This document shows positions 1 to 10,079 of a stretch of DNA of 57,648 bases, one piece after another. The translations under genes were made by a program, and so were the position numbers. Source of the DNA: Candidatus Omnitrophota bacterium. GTDB lineage: Bacteria > Omnitrophota > Gorgyraeia > B26-G9. The DNA lies in contig JAHITY010000023.1 of the NCBI GenBank assembly GCA_018817165.1, positions 1 to 57,648 of the forward strand. Direction: 5' to 3'. The notes beneath the pieces are model-generated. The model searched no databases and was not told where the DNA came from. It saw only the letters and a program-made list of their open reading frames with translations. Position 1 is the first letter of the stretch; each line of letters starts with the position of its first letter.

Positions 1-115
1 ACTGTTTTTGAGAAAGTCTCTATTTTGCAACTACTTACAGATTATGAATACAATAACAAATTAACTGATTCTTGTAACCAACTAGAATTATTTGACTTAT
101 AACCGGACACTAGTG
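1..115 (+). mobile_element. Right end of an IS4-family element (transposase C-terminus 1-102 plus terminal IR)
   Basis: Frame 1 reads TVFEKVSILQLLT...NQLELFDL*, resembling IS4-family transposase C-termini, with a QLxLF clamp-binding motif. It is followed directly by AACCGGACACTAGTG, an IS4-type terminal repeat. Confidence 0.75.
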
Positions 116-174
116 GTAAATCATAATTAGTAATTCATAACTGCTTTTGCGTCCTAGCGTAGCGATCGTCCATC

Positions 175-202
175 TGTCCTCCATAGCCTTGGCGAAGGAG
201 GA
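175..202. repeat. REP-like hairpin downstream of hemW
   Basis: tcctcc-atagccttggcg-aaggagga forms an imperfect GC-rich inverted repeat in an AT-rich gap. Confidence 0.45.
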
Positions 203-234
203 TCATCCTTCGGTATTCTATTCATTGTTCTCTA

Positions 235-1368
235 TTACGACAACAGCTCACTGGCTATGGTATCATAATGCAATAAGCCTTTTTTGCTGAGTTTATATAG
301 ATTATTTTGCAGTAAAATAAACCCTTGCCCGACAAATTCATTTAAAACCTGAATTATATCCTGCGGTACTGCTTGCCCCAAAGCGTTTTCAATATCCTTC
401 AAACAAAATCCATTTAAAATCCTTAGTTTTAGGATTAGGGTTTCTTCGATCAGTTTTCTTGAACTTAAAATTTCTGAGCCGCAATGTTCAAAACTCCCCC
501 TTTTTACCTGTTGCTGATACTGCTTCAAATCACTGGGTTTACTAAATCTTTCTTTTTGGATATAGGAATAAGCCCCTGCCCCGATACCAATATACTCTGA
601 ATTACTCCAATAAATTAAGTTATGCTTTGATTGCCGACCTTTTTTCGCAAAACTAGAGATCTCATAATGTTTAAATTTATTGCTCGCTAAAAAATTATGT
701 GCTTTTTTATACATTAAAGTCTGGAGATCATTATCCCCTATCATTAAATCATTGCGCATATCATAAAAAGGCGTGTTTTCTTCGATAATTAAATCATACA
801 AAGATATATGGCTTATCTCCGATTCAACCGCGGCTTGCAGATCATCCTGCCAATCTGCCAAAGACTGACCAGGCAATCCATAAATCAAATCAGCGCTGAT
901 ATTATCAAAACCATTGGCTTTAAGCATTTCAAGCGATTGCAAAGCCTGTTGAGAATTATGTGATCTGCCGAGTAATTTTAAATACTTGTTTTTAAATGAC
1001 TGAACACCCACACTTACTCGATTAATTCCGGCTTGTTTATAAATCAAAATCTTTTGCTTAGATAAACTGCCGGGATTAGCTTCAATAGCCAGCTCATGAT
1101 TTGCTGCCAGTTTAAAACATTGCTTAATACGCGTAATTATTTCCTGAATATATTCCGCGCGAATAAAAGACGGGGTTCCTCCGCCGATATAAACACTGCT
1201 TATTTCCCGGTTTTGGCCAAGCTCGCTGGATAATTTTATATCCTGCAATAATGATTTGATATACTGTTTTATTTGCCGCGAATCAGCAGGCTCCCAAGAA
1301 TTAAAATTGCAATAATTGCACTTCTTAATGCAAAATGGAATATGCACATAGATGCCAATGGATTTCAT
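235..1368 (-). CDS. hemW: Radical SAM heme chaperone HemW (HemN-like)
   Basis: IYVHIPFCxxxCxYC, GGGTPS, EANP and HNxxYW motifs; 377 aa. Confidence 0.92.
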   Translation of the reverse strand: MKSIGIYVHIPFCIKKCNYCNFNSWEPADSRQIKQYIKSLLQDIKLSSELGQNREISSVYIGGGTPSFIRAEYIQEIITRIKQCFKLAANHELAIEANPGSLSKQKILIYKQAGINRVSVGVQSFKNKYLKLLGRSHNSQQALQSLEMLKANGFDNISADLIYGLPGQSLADWQDDLQAAVESEISHISLYDLIIEENTPFYDMRNDLMIGDNDLQTLMYKKAHNFLASNKFKHYEISSFAKKGRQSKHNLIYWSNSEYIGIGAGAYSYIQKERFSKPSDLKQYQQQVKRGSFEHCGSEILSSRKLIEETLILKLRILNGFCLKDIENALGQAVPQDIIQVLNEFVGQGFILLQNNLYKLSKKGLLHYDTIASELLS

Positions 1369-1398
1369 AAACAGGCCTTTAATATCTGATTTATCCTA

Positions 1399-2787
1399 TT
1401 ATCTGTACTCATTTCGCCAATCTCTTTCCAAAACATCTAATTCCACAAACAAAACATCCTTAACTGCTTTATAGACATTCGTGCCTTTGCCCAGCTGCTC
1501 TAAGAGCTTTTTCATATCATAAAGCGATGAACGATTAATAATGTATTGGACAAAAGCCTCAGACTGAGCATAAACTAACTCGATCCGGTTAGGCGAAAGA
1601 TAAGATAATTTGCTTAGATCCATTGAGCCTAATTTATCTAAGGGGAAAATTGTCTTATTTTCAATTGCCCGCTTGATAATCTCTATTCTTGATTTTTTAA
1701 TTGCTGCTGATTTAAACTGCTTTGCCTCAAATTCCGCCAAACCTTCATTTAACCATAAAGGCACATTATCTCCCCCGATTATCCGCACAATTACATGGGT
1801 ATATTCATGATGTAAAACTGCCTGCATCTGCAAATAATCTTTGCCTAAGTCTTCGCTAAATCTGATCTTTCCATCATATGTTCCCGCAGCCCAATCAGGA
1901 AAATAGTCGAGTTTTTTTAATTTAACCGGAGGATAAATAATAACCGGAACAGTCGCTCGGGGATAAAGATCAAAGTCCTTGCCCACCTGCTTATAAGAAT
2001 TTCTTAATATTTCCGCGGCCTTATCCGCCAAACCTTCCGTGTCAATGCCTTCAAATTTTAATTTAAAATTTTCAATTTCCCGCACACTAAAGTTTCTTTC
2101 CAGATCCTGCTCTTTTTCCAGTTTTTCCAATTTCATCCGGACCTGATATAAACTTGGATTTAATTTAAGTGCTTTCTGCCAATTATCCTTAGTAGAATAG
2201 TAATTATCCCGGACATAGGCAATTTCGCCCTTAAGCACATATAAATAAGGATTGTCCAAATCATAATGCTCAACATTCACTAACATCCGCTCAGCATTGG
2301 AATATTCATTTTCCTTAAAAAAATCATCAGCCCAAGATAAATAAACCGCGGCAATATTTTTTTTAAGCACCAGCTCTTCCGGGTTAAAATCAATCGCTGC
2401 TTTTAAATCTCGGATTGCCGAATCATATTTACCACTATCTTTAAATTCCAGGCCGCGACAATTATATAAATAAGCCAGTGCGTTTTTAATCTGTTCAATA
2501 TCCGGCTCCAGATCAAATGCTCTTTTTTGATTCTCAATTGCCTGATCCCACAATCCCTGATCCGCCAGCTCCATGGAATAATTATGATATAAGATACTAA
2601 GCTGCTTTCTAATATTTTCATCATACGGGTCATATGAATGTTTCTGCTCATATTCTTTGATTGAAGTTTGCAATTCCCTTTCACTGGCAGAAAATAGCGG
2701 ACAAACAAACCCTAAGCCATAAACTATGCAAAGCGCCAATAATCCCCAAACTAAATTACCGCGAATTTTATTCACCAAATCCCCCAT
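1399..2787 (-). CDS. TPR-repeat protein with a C-terminal peptidase MA-like (gluzincin) domain
   Basis: N-terminal TM/signal segment, TPR repeats, HEYTH followed by PLWLNEGLAE. Confidence 0.85.
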   Translation of the reverse strand: MGDLVNKIRGNLVWGLLALCIVYGLGFVCPLFSASERELQTSIKEYEQKHSYDPYDENIRKQLSILYHNYSMELADQGLWDQAIENQKRAFDLEPDIEQIKNALAYLYNCRGLEFKDSGKYDSAIRDLKAAIDFNPEELVLKKNIAAVYLSWADDFFKENEYSNAERMLVNVEHYDLDNPYLYVLKGEIAYVRDNYYSTKDNWQKALKLNPSLYQVRMKLEKLEKEQDLERNFSVREIENFKLKFEGIDTEGLADKAAEILRNSYKQVGKDFDLYPRATVPVIIYPPVKLKKLDYFPDWAAGTYDGKIRFSEDLGKDYLQMQAVLHHEYTHVIVRIIGGDNVPLWLNEGLAEFEAKQFKSAAIKKSRIEIIKRAIENKTIFPLDKLGSMDLSKLSYLSPNRIELVYAQSEAFVQYIINRSSLYDMKKLLEQLGKGTNVYKAVKDVLFVELDVLERDWRNEYR

Positions 2788-2998
2788 CTTAAAATTTAAA
2801 GCCTCTTTTCATTCCGGTTTTTTAGACAAAACCAAAACATTAGGCAAACCAAATCTTTGCTTAACTATCTTATTATATACAAAACAATTAGGCAAAATTA
2901 ATCTATATCCATTTTACACATATTTAGAACAAATTTGAATAATTCTTTTATCTTATTTAAAACTGGTTTTAAATTTTAATTATTTTCTAACTAAGACA

Positions 2999-3028
2999 TT
3001 GACAAACTAAACAGACTAATTATACAAT
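2999..3028 (+). promoter_or_regulatory. Sigma70-type promoter of the diguanylate cyclase gene
   Basis: TTGACA-18 nt-TACAAT. The -10 overlaps the first ATG, so the real start is probably ATG 3036. Confidence 0.55.
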
Positions 3029-4220
3029 GAACTCTATGAAAAAACGAGAAACCCCAAAAAACCTAGAAGACCGGCATCACGCTGAGCTGCTGATGCTCTA
3101 CGAAATCAGCATGGCAATGAGTTCCACGCTCCGACTTGATGAGATCCTTTACATTATTCTTACCAGCGTTACCTCTGGAGAAGGCCTGGGCTTTAACCGC
3201 GCCATGGTTTTTCTGGTTAATGAAAAAGATAATATTCTTGAAGGCCGCATGGGAATTGGCCCGGATTCAGAAGCTGATGCCAAAAATATCTGGGAGTTCA
3301 TCGCCGCAACCCATAAAACTCTTGATGAGCTGCTCAATGATTATAAACAATTCGGCCGCAAACAAGATTCGCTACTTAATAATAATGTTAAAAACATTAA
3401 ACTGCCCATAAACGAAAATTCAGGAATCCTGGCTCAAACAGTACTACAGCAAAAGACCTTTGAAATACTCGATTCTGAGTCAAGAAAACAAGTTGACAAA
3501 AAAGACCCGCTGATATCATTGTTCAATATGGATTATTGCTTAAGCATTCCTTTGATGGCCAATGATAAAGTACTGGGAGTTATGCTGGTAGATAATTTCT
3601 TTTCTACCAAAGTTATTACAAAAGATGATCTTTGGAAACTGACGATGTTTGCCAATAATGCGGGTCTGGCAATCGGCAATTCTCAGGAATTTGAAAAAAC
3701 TCTGATCCTTTCCAATACCGATCGTTTAACCGGGCTTTGGAACTATGGTTATTTCCAGCATCAATTAGCAGAGGAGGTTAAAAGAGCTACTCGCTTTAAC
3801 CGTCATCTTAGTTTGTTGATGATTGATATTGATCTTTTTAAGAAATTCAATGATACTTTGGGACATATTGCCGGAGATAGATTATTGCAGGAAATATCAG
3901 ATATTATTAAAGAATCATGCCGAGAAGTTGATTTGGTTGCCCGCTACGGTGGTGAAGAATTTGCAGTTATCCTACCAGAAACTTTTAAAGAAAAAGCCTA
4001 TTCATCGGCAGAAAGAATCCGAAAACTAACTGCTGCTCATCCCTGTCATTATAAGGAAGGCCAACCTTCAAAAAGAATAACAATTAGTATTGGAGTAGCA
4101 AGTTTTCCTCAGGATGCCTCCAACAAAGAAGATCTAATCGCCTTTGCGGACAAAGCACTGTATGTGGCCAAAGAAACCGGACGCAATCGGGTATGCATGT
4201 TCAGTAAAGATTTTATCTGA
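3027..4220 (+). CDS. GAF-sensor diguanylate cyclase
   Basis: GAF domain, then TDRLTGLWN, DIDLFKKFND and RYGGEEF with an RxxD I-site (REVD). Start may be 3036. Confidence 0.92.
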   Translation: MNSMKKRETPKNLEDRHHAELLMLYEISMAMSSTLRLDEILYIILTSVTSGEGLGFNRAMVFLVNEKDNILEGRMGIGPDSEADAKNIWEFIAATHKTLDELLNDYKQFGRKQDSLLNNNVKNIKLPINENSGILAQTVLQQKTFEILDSESRKQVDKKDPLISLFNMDYCLSIPLMANDKVLGVMLVDNFFSTKVITKDDLWKLTMFANNAGLAIGNSQEFEKTLILSNTDRLTGLWNYGYFQHQLAEEVKRATRFNRHLSLLMIDIDLFKKFNDTLGHIAGDRLLQEISDIIKESCREVDLVARYGGEEFAVILPETFKEKAYSSAERIRKLTAAHPCHYKEGQPSKRITISIGVASFPQDASNKEDLIAFADKALYVAKETGRNRVCMFSKDFI

Positions 4221-4247
4221 TAAGCAAATCATTTGAATGGTGATCAA

Positions 4248-7200
4248 TTAGCCTAAAACTTCTTCGGGAATAAGCTCTTCTTTGGTCTTGTTCCCATCTT
4301 TAAACTCACTAAATTTCACGCTAACCAATCGAGAAATACCCGGCTGTTCCATTGTCACTCCATACATAACATCAGCCATAGCAATCGTCTTTTTATTATG
4401 AGTAATGATAATGAATTGCGAACTTTTTAAGAATTCCTGCAAAACCCGGGTAAACCGGTCAATGTTTGATTCATCCAAAGGCGCGTCCATTTCATCAAGC
4501 ACGCAAAAAGGTGTAGGCTTGATCTTAAAAATAGCAAACAATAAAGCAATCGCGGTTAGAGTCTTTTCCCCACCGGAAAGTAAAGTAATGCTTTGCAGTC
4601 TTTTCCCCGGAGGGCGGACAACTATCTCCACTCCGCACTCTAAAACATCTTTGCCTTCTGTGAGCAGCAGCTGAGCATCTCCACCGCTGAATAAGAGTTT
4701 AAAATATTCCCGAAACGCTATTTTTGATTTTTCAAAAGTTTCCAAAAAAAGCGCCTTTGTTGTCCGATTTATTTTTTGAATTGCCTGCATCAAAGTTTGT
4801 TTAGCCGTCAAGAGATCATCACACTGAGTCTTTAAAAAATCAGCTCTTTCTCTTAATTCCTGTTCCTCTTCAACTGCTGCTAAATTAACCGCGCCGATCC
4901 GATCGATTTTACCTTTTAAAGCATCGATCAGCTCTTTTTGCGTATTCCAATCGATATCTTCCGGCAGTTCAATCTCAAGCGTATCCAGTTCCTGCTTATA
5001 AGCCTGCCGCATGGAATTAATCAAGGACTCTATCTTAAAGTTCAGCTCAACTTTTTTAACATCAATATCGCGGATCCGGTTACGAGTAAAATTCAAACGA
5101 TTTTCTTTTTCTTTGATCTTATTCTGAATCTCTTCAAAGCGGGTTAATAATTCGCTGCGTTTTTCTTTAAATTCTTCTAAAGATCCGCCAATTTCTTCTT
5201 TTTCCGATTCTAAAACCAGTGTAGCTGTATTCAATTCGCTTACCTGGATAGTCAGCGCGTCAATCCGCTTAATACTATCCTCTCGATAACGGATAAATTC
5301 TTCTAAATTCTGGCTTAATTCCTTTTTATTAGTATTCAGCAAAGAAAAACTTTCATTTAAAGCTGATTCCTGATCATTCAGCAGAGAAAATTCGGTTTTC
5401 ATTTCCGCGATAATTACCATAAGCTCTTCGCGTTCTTTATTTTTTATCGCGATCAATTCCTGATCAGCCGTAATGGCTTGGTCATTAGTGACTGTTTCCT
5501 GATCAACAATCGCCAGTCTTTGTTTTTTCTCGGTCTCTTTAGTCTCAAGATCTTGGAGGTCAAGCGCGGTTTCTTCAATTTCCAAATCAACCAAAACAAG
5601 CTCATCGACTAATTTTTTTCTATTTGTTTCAATGCTTATTTTTTCAGAATCGCGATTCGCCAAACTAATTTTTTCTTCATGCAGAGCATGACTCAACTGG
5701 GTAAATTCAGTTTCAACATACTGCAGCTGTTCGGCTTTATTATCAATCTCATGTTTATATTTAATAACATCCTGCTCAAGCTCAATACTTTCTTCTTTAA
5801 GCTGACGCATTTTTGCTTTTTGCGAAAACAATCCAGTAGCCTGATCAGCCAAAGGCCGGCTGATTAAACCTACCGGCGAATGGACTTCACCGTTTAAACT
5901 TACCAAGGTTTGCGCTAAAACAAACTCTGTCTCAGGCAGTTTTTCTTCGATACCAATCATCTTATTTTCCGTTTTTTCCGGCACAACAATCACAGAATTT
6001 TCATTACCATTAAAATCAATTTCGCGATTTGGATTATTCGGGTCGATTGTCCAGTGACCATCAACTACTAATTTATAAATATAACGCCCGGGCTCGAGAT
6101 TTAAAGCTTTTTGCCAAAGATTATTCTCTTTTTTCTCAAGATCGCTGTCTACTAAAGCATCCCATTGATTAAAATCACCAACGATTTTTACCTGATTAGC
6201 ATTTTCACTGCTAAACGAGAAAATAAATTCATTTGCTAGCGCAGTTTGCTCAACCGCCGGCTCAACAATATCCCGCGTTTCAGCTTGCAGCTGATCATCA
6301 AAAATATTTTGCTCTAAAATAAAACTGTTCTTAAGCAAATAAGACAAAACTTTTTTATATTGCTCATCACAGCTAATTACTTCTAAAAAGCTCTTAGCAT
6401 TTTCTACCTGCGCCTGTTGCTGAATAATCTGAGGGATTGAATCAAGAGTAATAAAGCGGATTCTGCCAATATTATGCTCCGCGAGAAAACTTCTTAGTCT
6501 TAAAGCCACAGCGCGACTATCGACCACCACTGCCTGAAGATATTCCGACAAAGCGGTTTCCACACAGACTTCATAACCCGGCTTTACTTCCATTAGATTT
6601 ACCAATACATCATGCACTCCGGCAAAAGTCTCAGGATAATTATCTTTTTGCAGCATAAAAGATTTTACCGCGCTGGAAAACCATTCATATTCTTTGTTTA
6701 ATTTTTCCAGCACTTCCAGCTGGGATTTACAGCCCACCAAAGCTTGACGGCTGTTCTGAATACTTATTTCCAATTCTTTAATTTGGGCATTCAGCTGCTC
6801 ATAATTAAGTTTAAGATTCTGAGCATCGCTTTCTTCCTTATTAACTTTACCTCTAAGATTTTCCACTTCCGCTATTTTGCTGACTAATTCCGCATTGATC
6901 TTAGCATATTCCTGGCTAGTCTTTTCTTTTTCCTGATTAAGTCTTAATAATCGGGCATTAGCATTACTAATGTTCGCGGAAAGCTTGGCTAATTCATTTT
7001 TAATCTGCGCGTGTTCACTGAGCAGTTTAACCGCAATAACTCTGCTTTCCTCCGCGGATTTCTGAATGATTTTAATTTGATTTTCGATTTCAATAATTGA
7101 AGCCTGACGCGAATTAAGATTAAATTCTTTTTCATTTTTTTCGTCTGAAAAAGCGGATATCCGTGCCTGGAGCTGATCGATTTGGGCCTGAAGTTCTTTA

Positions 7201-8195
7201 ATCTTTTTTTCAGCGTTTTCAATATCCCGATTATAATCCTTAACTCTTTGGCTAAATTCCTCGATGCGCTCATTATTTAATTCCACAGAATGAATATTCT
7301 GTTCAATCTGAGAAACCGTGCGGACAAATTGATTGTTTAAATGGCTATAATTATGTTCCACTTCTGAAAGCGTTGTTTTTAAAACCCCGAACTCTTCTGA
7401 CAAAACGCCCAGATCACTTTCCATTTCAGTTTGTTCCTGATGAAAACCCGTTTCTTCCTGATTCAGCTGATCTTTTGTGCCTTTAAGCTGCTGATATTGG
7501 AAATATATATACTGCGTATCGAGAGTTTTAAGTTCCCCAAAATTTTCCTGAAAACGACGCGCTTTACTTACCTGACGGGCAATTGAATTTAACTGCCGAT
7601 TTACCTCAACCACAATATCATTTACCCGCAAAAGATTTTCTTCAGTTGCCTGAAGTTTTCGCATGGCTTCATTTTTTTGTTTTTTATAACGAGTAATTCC
7701 ACTGGCTTCTTCAAAAACAATACGTCTTTCTTCAGGCTTAGAACTAATGATCGCGTCAATTCTTCCCTGTTCCAGCAAAGAATATGATTCCGTACCAATA
7801 CCAGTACCCATTAATAATTCAGTTATGTCTCTTAATCTAACCGGAGTTTTATTTAAAAGATATTCACTTTCTCCTGAGCGATATAATCTGCGGGTAATCG
7901 TTACTTCATCATAATCAATCGGCAGAACTCTTTCTTCATTAGATAAGGTCAGAGAAACTTCTGACATATTTACCGGAGGACGCGTCTCAGTTCCATTAAA
8001 AATAACATCTTCCATTTTCGCGCCGCGCATCGATTTTGCGCTTTGCTCACCTAAAACCCATTTAATCGCGTCGGAAATATTACTTTTTCCTGTTCCATTG
8101 GGTCCAACAATCGCGGTTACGCCTGGTTCGAAAATAAGAGAAGTTTTATCAACAAAGGATTTGAATCCGTAGAGTTCTAGCTTTTTAAAATACAT
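4248..8195 (-). CDS. smc: Chromosome segregation protein SMC with a glycogen-binding domain inserted in the hinge
   Basis: GFKSF, Walker A GPNGTGKSN, coiled coils, LSGGE signature, Walker B/D-loop LDEMDAPLD; 1315 aa. Confidence 0.96.
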   Translation of the reverse strand: MYFKKLELYGFKSFVDKTSLIFEPGVTAIVGPNGTGKSNISDAIKWVLGEQSAKSMRGAKMEDVIFNGTETRPPVNMSEVSLTLSNEERVLPIDYDEVTITRRLYRSGESEYLLNKTPVRLRDITELLMGTGIGTESYSLLEQGRIDAIISSKPEERRIVFEEASGITRYKKQKNEAMRKLQATEENLLRVNDIVVEVNRQLNSIARQVSKARRFQENFGELKTLDTQYIYFQYQQLKGTKDQLNQEETGFHQEQTEMESDLGVLSEEFGVLKTTLSEVEHNYSHLNNQFVRTVSQIEQNIHSVELNNERIEEFSQRVKDYNRDIENAEKKIKELQAQIDQLQARISAFSDEKNEKEFNLNSRQASIIEIENQIKIIQKSAEESRVIAVKLLSEHAQIKNELAKLSANISNANARLLRLNQEKEKTSQEYAKINAELVSKIAEVENLRGKVNKEESDAQNLKLNYEQLNAQIKELEISIQNSRQALVGCKSQLEVLEKLNKEYEWFSSAVKSFMLQKDNYPETFAGVHDVLVNLMEVKPGYEVCVETALSEYLQAVVVDSRAVALRLRSFLAEHNIGRIRFITLDSIPQIIQQQAQVENAKSFLEVISCDEQYKKVLSYLLKNSFILEQNIFDDQLQAETRDIVEPAVEQTALANEFIFSFSSENANQVKIVGDFNQWDALVDSDLEKKENNLWQKALNLEPGRYIYKLVVDGHWTIDPNNPNREIDFNGNENSVIVVPEKTENKMIGIEEKLPETEFVLAQTLVSLNGEVHSPVGLISRPLADQATGLFSQKAKMRQLKEESIELEQDVIKYKHEIDNKAEQLQYVETEFTQLSHALHEEKISLANRDSEKISIETNRKKLVDELVLVDLEIEETALDLQDLETKETEKKQRLAIVDQETVTNDQAITADQELIAIKNKEREELMVIIAEMKTEFSLLNDQESALNESFSLLNTNKKELSQNLEEFIRYREDSIKRIDALTIQVSELNTATLVLESEKEEIGGSLEEFKEKRSELLTRFEEIQNKIKEKENRLNFTRNRIRDIDVKKVELNFKIESLINSMRQAYKQELDTLEIELPEDIDWNTQKELIDALKGKIDRIGAVNLAAVEEEQELRERADFLKTQCDDLLTAKQTLMQAIQKINRTTKALFLETFEKSKIAFREYFKLLFSGGDAQLLLTEGKDVLECGVEIVVRPPGKRLQSITLLSGGEKTLTAIALLFAIFKIKPTPFCVLDEMDAPLDESNIDRFTRVLQEFLKSSQFIIITHNKKTIAMADVMYGVTMEQPGISRLVSVKFSEFKDGNKTKEELIPEEVLG
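5982..6230 (-). other. AMPK-beta/CBM48 (E-set) glycogen-binding domain inside the SMC hinge (aa ~656-738)
   Basis: VKIVGDFNQW...W...L.LEPGRYIYKLVVDGHWTIDPNNP...D.NGNENSVIVV matches the AMPK1_CBM-like motif set. Confidence 0.88.
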
Positions 8196-8244
8196 TTTAT
8201 ATCCTTATATTATCTTTCGCAGGGGCACTCCCTTGCACTTTGAA

Positions 8245-8273
8245 ATTATAGCAGATTAGCCCAATATATGCAA
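8245..8273 (-). promoter_or_regulatory. Sigma70-type promoter of smc
   Basis: Minus strand TTGCAT-17 nt-TATAAT with an extended TG, about 50 nt upstream of the smc ATG. Confidence 0.6.
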
Positions 8274-8298
8274 CATATTTACAAAAAAAAGTTTTCAA

Positions 8299-8314
8299 AC
8301 ACAATATATGGTGT
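8299..8314. promoter_or_regulatory. NrdR-box-like palindrome upstream of smc
   Basis: ACACAATATATGGTGT versus consensus acaCwAtATaTwGtgt; a partial second copy (CCCAATATATG) overlaps the -35. Confidence 0.5.
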
Positions 8315-8319
8315 TAGTA

Positions 8320-8473
8320 CAGCGGTTAGCGTATAGCGATTAGCGGTTAGAAGAAACACAAAGTCACAAAACAACTAGAAGAAAATTCGTAAAGTTTAGA
8401 GAAAATAAAAAATATGCACTAACCGCTATTCTCTGCCTTTCCTGCTTTTCTATTCGCTAAACGCTATTCGCTG
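8320..8473. repeat. Inverted pair of degenerate heptamer tandem repeats
   Basis: agcggtt-agcgtat-agcgatt-agcggtt at 8320-8350, with reverse-complement units ctaaccgctattc and ctattcgctaaacgctattcgct at ~8419-8473. Confidence 0.6.
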
Positions 8474-8478
8474 CTTTC

Positions 8479-9909
8479 TTACCAGTATCTTATTCTTACC
8501 CTGTAATCAATTGTTTTTTCTTCATCTTTTTTTAATTTTACGATAAATTTTATTGTACTGGCTTCGGTCTTAATGTATTTATCCGACGAATCAATAATCT
8601 GCCAGTCTCCGGGAATCGGTTCAATCACTTCTACTTGCACTTCTTTGTCTTTGTGATTGCGCAATTTTATCTGCCATTGCTGCTCAGTATCAAAGAGCTG
8701 GTTTGAATTTCTTGATAAGATTTTATAATCCAACTGCTTTCTTTCACCAATCACATCAAAAGCATCACCCATTTTAATTGTGATCTTTTCATTTTTTGGA
8801 GTATGCTCTATTTTATCTTCACCAATAAACTGCAGACTGCCTTGTTTATCTTTTTTATAAGCGCGAATAATTCCCGCCGGCAAAGGCATGCCCAGATTAT
8901 TTTGTTCCTTGTTTTCAATTTCTAAAAACACTCCGATTTTCTCTTTAGACATAACCTGCCCGGTATTCTGATTGCGATAATAATAATTCGCGCCATAATA
9001 AACCAGCTTTTCTTTGATCGGAATATCCCCGGCTTTTAATAATTCAATCTGCTTAGTCTGTTGATTTTTTAATGTTGAAGCCCGCTGCAAAGTATATAAA
9101 TGATATTCGAAAAACGACTCTTCGGCAAAAGCTTTATCTGATTCCATCATAATACTTGCTTTTGCCCGGCCAAGATGCCCGCTGGCTTCCTGGACTTGAT
9201 TAACATTCCCAGCCACGAGTTTTATCAAGGCATTCTTATAGGCTGCCCCGCTTTGATTATTGATTGTTACCCAGCCGTTTAAATCAGCGATTGAATTATC
9301 ATCATTGATCACGGCAATATAATCCGCTTTCCAGTTGATTCCCGTGGTTAGATATGATGCCTCAATATTCTGGGCTTTGGAATTATCGTTTTTCAGCATC
9401 CAGATCAAAGTTGGTTTGGCAATTAAATTTTCCGGTATTTCCGGTAAGATAACTCGGCCAGGAGGATTGATATGGATTTCATTATTGATTTTATATATAG
9501 GAGAGCCATTATTGCTTAATAATTCGGCAGCAAAGATCTCTTCTTTACCTGTATAATAATTCTTATCCAAGATCTTTACCTGTTTACCGACAAACTTATC
9601 TAAAAGCTTTTGGGAATTCAATAAATCATATTCATAATTCTGTTCCAGGACTGAGAGTTTGTCCGGAGAAGTCAATGATTTAATGCTCACGGTAACCGGC
9701 TGGATCTGACTGGCCACATCCATGAACTTTAGATAATTCTCCCCAATCCCCATTTTAATCTCGCGCAGATCTTTAACCAGCCCAAGATTATTATTGTAGA
9801 TCGTTATCGCGATCTGTTTCTGATCCTGCTCTGTGCTCGTATATTCTTTGGCCAAAGCAATGTTCGGTAATAATAAACATACTAAAAAAACAAAACTTAT
9901 TCTTTTCAT
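8479..9909 (-). CDS. DUF4139 domain exported protein
   Basis: Signal peptide; ITIYNNNLGLVKD, EQNYEYDL, YLTTGINWKADY and GMPLPAG.IR motifs. ATG 9909 has an RBS. Confidence 0.85.
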   Translation of the reverse strand: MKRISFVFLVCLLLPNIALAKEYTSTEQDQKQIAITIYNNNLGLVKDLREIKMGIGENYLKFMDVASQIQPVTVSIKSLTSPDKLSVLEQNYEYDLLNSQKLLDKFVGKQVKILDKNYYTGKEEIFAAELLSNNGSPIYKINNEIHINPPGRVILPEIPENLIAKPTLIWMLKNDNSKAQNIEASYLTTGINWKADYIAVINDDNSIADLNGWVTINNQSGAAYKNALIKLVAGNVNQVQEASGHLGRAKASIMMESDKAFAEESFFEYHLYTLQRASTLKNQQTKQIELLKAGDIPIKEKLVYYGANYYYRNQNTGQVMSKEKIGVFLEIENKEQNNLGMPLPAGIIRAYKKDKQGSLQFIGEDKIEHTPKNEKITIKMGDAFDVIGERKQLDYKILSRNSNQLFDTEQQWQIKLRNHKDKEVQVEVIEPIPGDWQIIDSSDKYIKTEASTIKFIVKLKKDEEKTIDYRVRIRYW

Positions 9910-10079
9910 TGTTACCCCCTTCAATGAGCACCTGACTTACGGAGTGTTTTTCACGACGTCAAGTCAGCCAGTGCGAATTAATGCAGAAATGGCTGCGGCC
10001 TAGCAGACACTTTCTGTATCCTTATTATTTAAATTTCAAAAATAGGCAATACTTCTAGAATTATTGCCTTTACCTTATA

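Noticed and set aside
5900-6320. SMC insert as an intein
   Set aside because: No N-terminal C/S block, no HN-C/S/T end and no LAGLIDADG motif; the motifs fit CBM48.
9929-9974. Known riboswitch
   Set aside because: No recognisable c-di-GMP, TPP, cobalamin or SAM consensus; only a stem-loop is supportable.
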